Part shown: one piece after another, positions 35,517 through 36,818 of the stretch
Layout: every line of letters begins with the position of its first letter
Numbering within the stretch: the first letter of the stretch is position 1
Program-made: the position numbers and the translations under genes
Notes under the pieces: generated by a model
What the model was told of the DNA's origin: nothing
The model's input: the letters and a program-made list of their open reading frames with translations, nothing else
The model's database searches: none
Source: a virus
Lineage: Duplodnaviria > Caudoviricetes
IMG/VR virus record: IMGVR_UViG_3300025093_000056
Span: 1 to 36,818 of that record
Length of the DNA: 36,818 bases
Reading direction: 5' to 3' (one strand)

Positions 35517-36206
35517 TTAATATTCTGATGGAAATGGTGATTTAAGAGGTGTACGAATAACTCCATCTTGATATTCGTCTCTGCGTCTACGACCTTGTTG
35601 TTCAATCGCGTACGTTTGTAAAGCTTCTTTATAAGCGCCTTGATAGTATTGTAACATATCTACCGGACCTTTCAAGTACCCATATGCGTTTATCAATGAT
35701 GCATATAAAAGTAGATCTTGATATTTATTAGATAGATATGTGCCTGTGCTACTTACCGTAGTATCTGTTAAGCTTACAGGTTGCTTAATGTAAGCCATTG
35801 TAATCTCATATTGAGCGTCAGGTGTGGGTGCAACTACCCAAAAATTAGCGTCCCAGTTAGCGTAGTATTTAGGTATGCCCTCTGATGTGCTTGGTGTATC
35901 ATAATAAGTTGCCATATAAGACGGGTCTTTTTTTTCTAAAAATGTTTGAGTATTTGGATTTACATTCGTATTTTTTAATTGAATATATCTGATAACTCTT
36001 AAGTCAGCTGGAATTGTAACATATCTATTACCTGTAATTAGAGTTGATGTTGCATAAAATCTATTGTCATCGCTATCAGCTTCCCTATAAATTTTGTTTT
36101 CTGCGTTTACTATGAACGTATTTACAATTGAATCAGTTAATACTGTGCTACTAACTTCTGTATAGTTTCTAATGTCTGTTTGTAAGTTTGATAATGTGTA
36201 TGCCAT
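35517..36206 (-). CDS. Head-tail adaptor / tail tubular protein A-like
   Basis: IVNAENKI, PKYYA, VAPTPD, DLLLYASL motifs. Confidence 0.7.
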   Translation of the reverse strand: MAYTLSNLQTDIRNYTEVSSTVLTDSIVNTFIVNAENKIYREADSDDNRFYATSTLITGNRYVTIPADLRVIRYIQLKNTNVNPNTQTFLEKKDPSYMATYYDTPSTSEGIPKYYANWDANFWVVAPTPDAQYEITMAYIKQPVSLTDTTVSSTGTYLSNKYQDLLLYASLINAYGYLKGPVDMLQYYQGAYKEALQTYAIEQQGRRRRDEYQDGVIRTPLKSPFPSEY

Positions 36207-36208
36207 AA

Positions 36209-36818
36209 TTATGCTCTCTCGTTAAGTGGTCCTACAAAACAATTAAACCCTCCTCCTGTTTCAGTTCCTGAGGCTGCACTCGGAAGCGTGACTGTAAAAC
36301 TATTATATTCATAAACGGTTGTGTTAGCATCATTTACATACGATGTTTCAACTAGAGATGCAACTTTAAAAGATCCAAACACTGTTGAACCTGATGGATG
36401 AGCAACTGCTGTAGTTTTAGTTAAAGTTCTACCTCGGTACGGAACTGATGTTGCTCTTGTGCAACCTGTTAAATCGTTCCCTGATACTCCTGTGTATTCA
36501 ATAACTTCATTTTGAAATGAACCATAACTTGCAGATGTAGAATCTGTATTAACAGATTCAATCATAATAAAACCTGATGTTGGAAAATTAGTAGTGCTTG
36601 TTAACGATATTGTAGTATCGCTTGCCGTTACAGCTGCACTTAATGTAGTTTGTAATTGTAAAGCATCAACAGATACTCCTCCTACAGGAAACTTAACATC
36701 ACTAAATCTTACTTGATCATTTACTTGTAAACCACTATTAAAAAATGAAACTGTTAATGTTGTATTAGATGCAGTTGTAAATGGATCATTTGGTAATATA
36801 TCATCAGTTGCAGGTTCA
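36209..36818 (-). CDS. Virion protein, 5'-truncated by window end
   Basis: The frame stays open upstream of the tracked ATG to the window edge (EPATDDILPNDPFTTASNTTLTVSFFNSGLQVNDQVRF...TTLSAAVTASDTTISLTSTTNFPTSGFIMIES). Confidence 0.8.
   Translation of the reverse strand, partial: EPATDDILPNDPFTTASNTTLTVSFFNSGLQVNDQVRFSDVKFPVGGVSVDALQLQTTLSAAVTASDTTISLTSTTNFPTSGFIMIESVNTDSTSASYGSFQNEVIEYTGVSGNDLTGCTRATSVPYRGRTLTKTTAVAHPSGSTVFGSFKVASLVETSYVNDANTTVYEYNSFTVTLPSAASGTETGGGFNCFVGPLNERA

Noticed and set aside
1-36818. CRISPR array, tRNA, rRNA or integrase
   Set aside because: Intergenic gaps are all short, and no regularly spaced repeats, cloverleaf structures or recombinase motifs were seen.

Overview
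This window is a roughly 37-kb section of an AT-rich, tailed (podovirus-like) bacteriophage genome. Its gene content and order recall marine Pelagibacter (SAR11) phages of the HTVC023P type; that assignment is from recollection, not a database search. Almost all genes are on the minus strand, reading right to left. In that order: a virion/tail module (adaptor, small structural proteins, three paralogous Gly/Pro-rich fibre proteins, a four-gene 2OG-Fe(II) oxygenase cassette, a nozzle/P22 gp10-like protein, internal/ejection proteins); an inverted SNF2 helicase unit; a replication module (SSB-like protein, AEP primase, UvrD-like helicase, DUF3310, PolA); a lysis region with an M15A endolysin; small early-type genes; a LAGLIDADG nuclease; and DNA methyltransferases. 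Four observations stand out. (1) The C5-methyltransferase is apparently split over two overlapping reading frames, as in M.EcoHK31I, and the nested frame carries four tandem WxTP modules plus motif IX. (2) The oxygenase cassette includes a likely pseudo-enzyme and sits next to the Gly/Pro-rich fibre paralogues. (3) An mRNA hairpin after that cassette has a loop complementary to the ribosome-binding site and start codon of the cassette's first gene. (4) Several translationally coupled microproteins were missed by the ORF track, including a 23-aa transmembrane peptide directly upstream of the endolysin.
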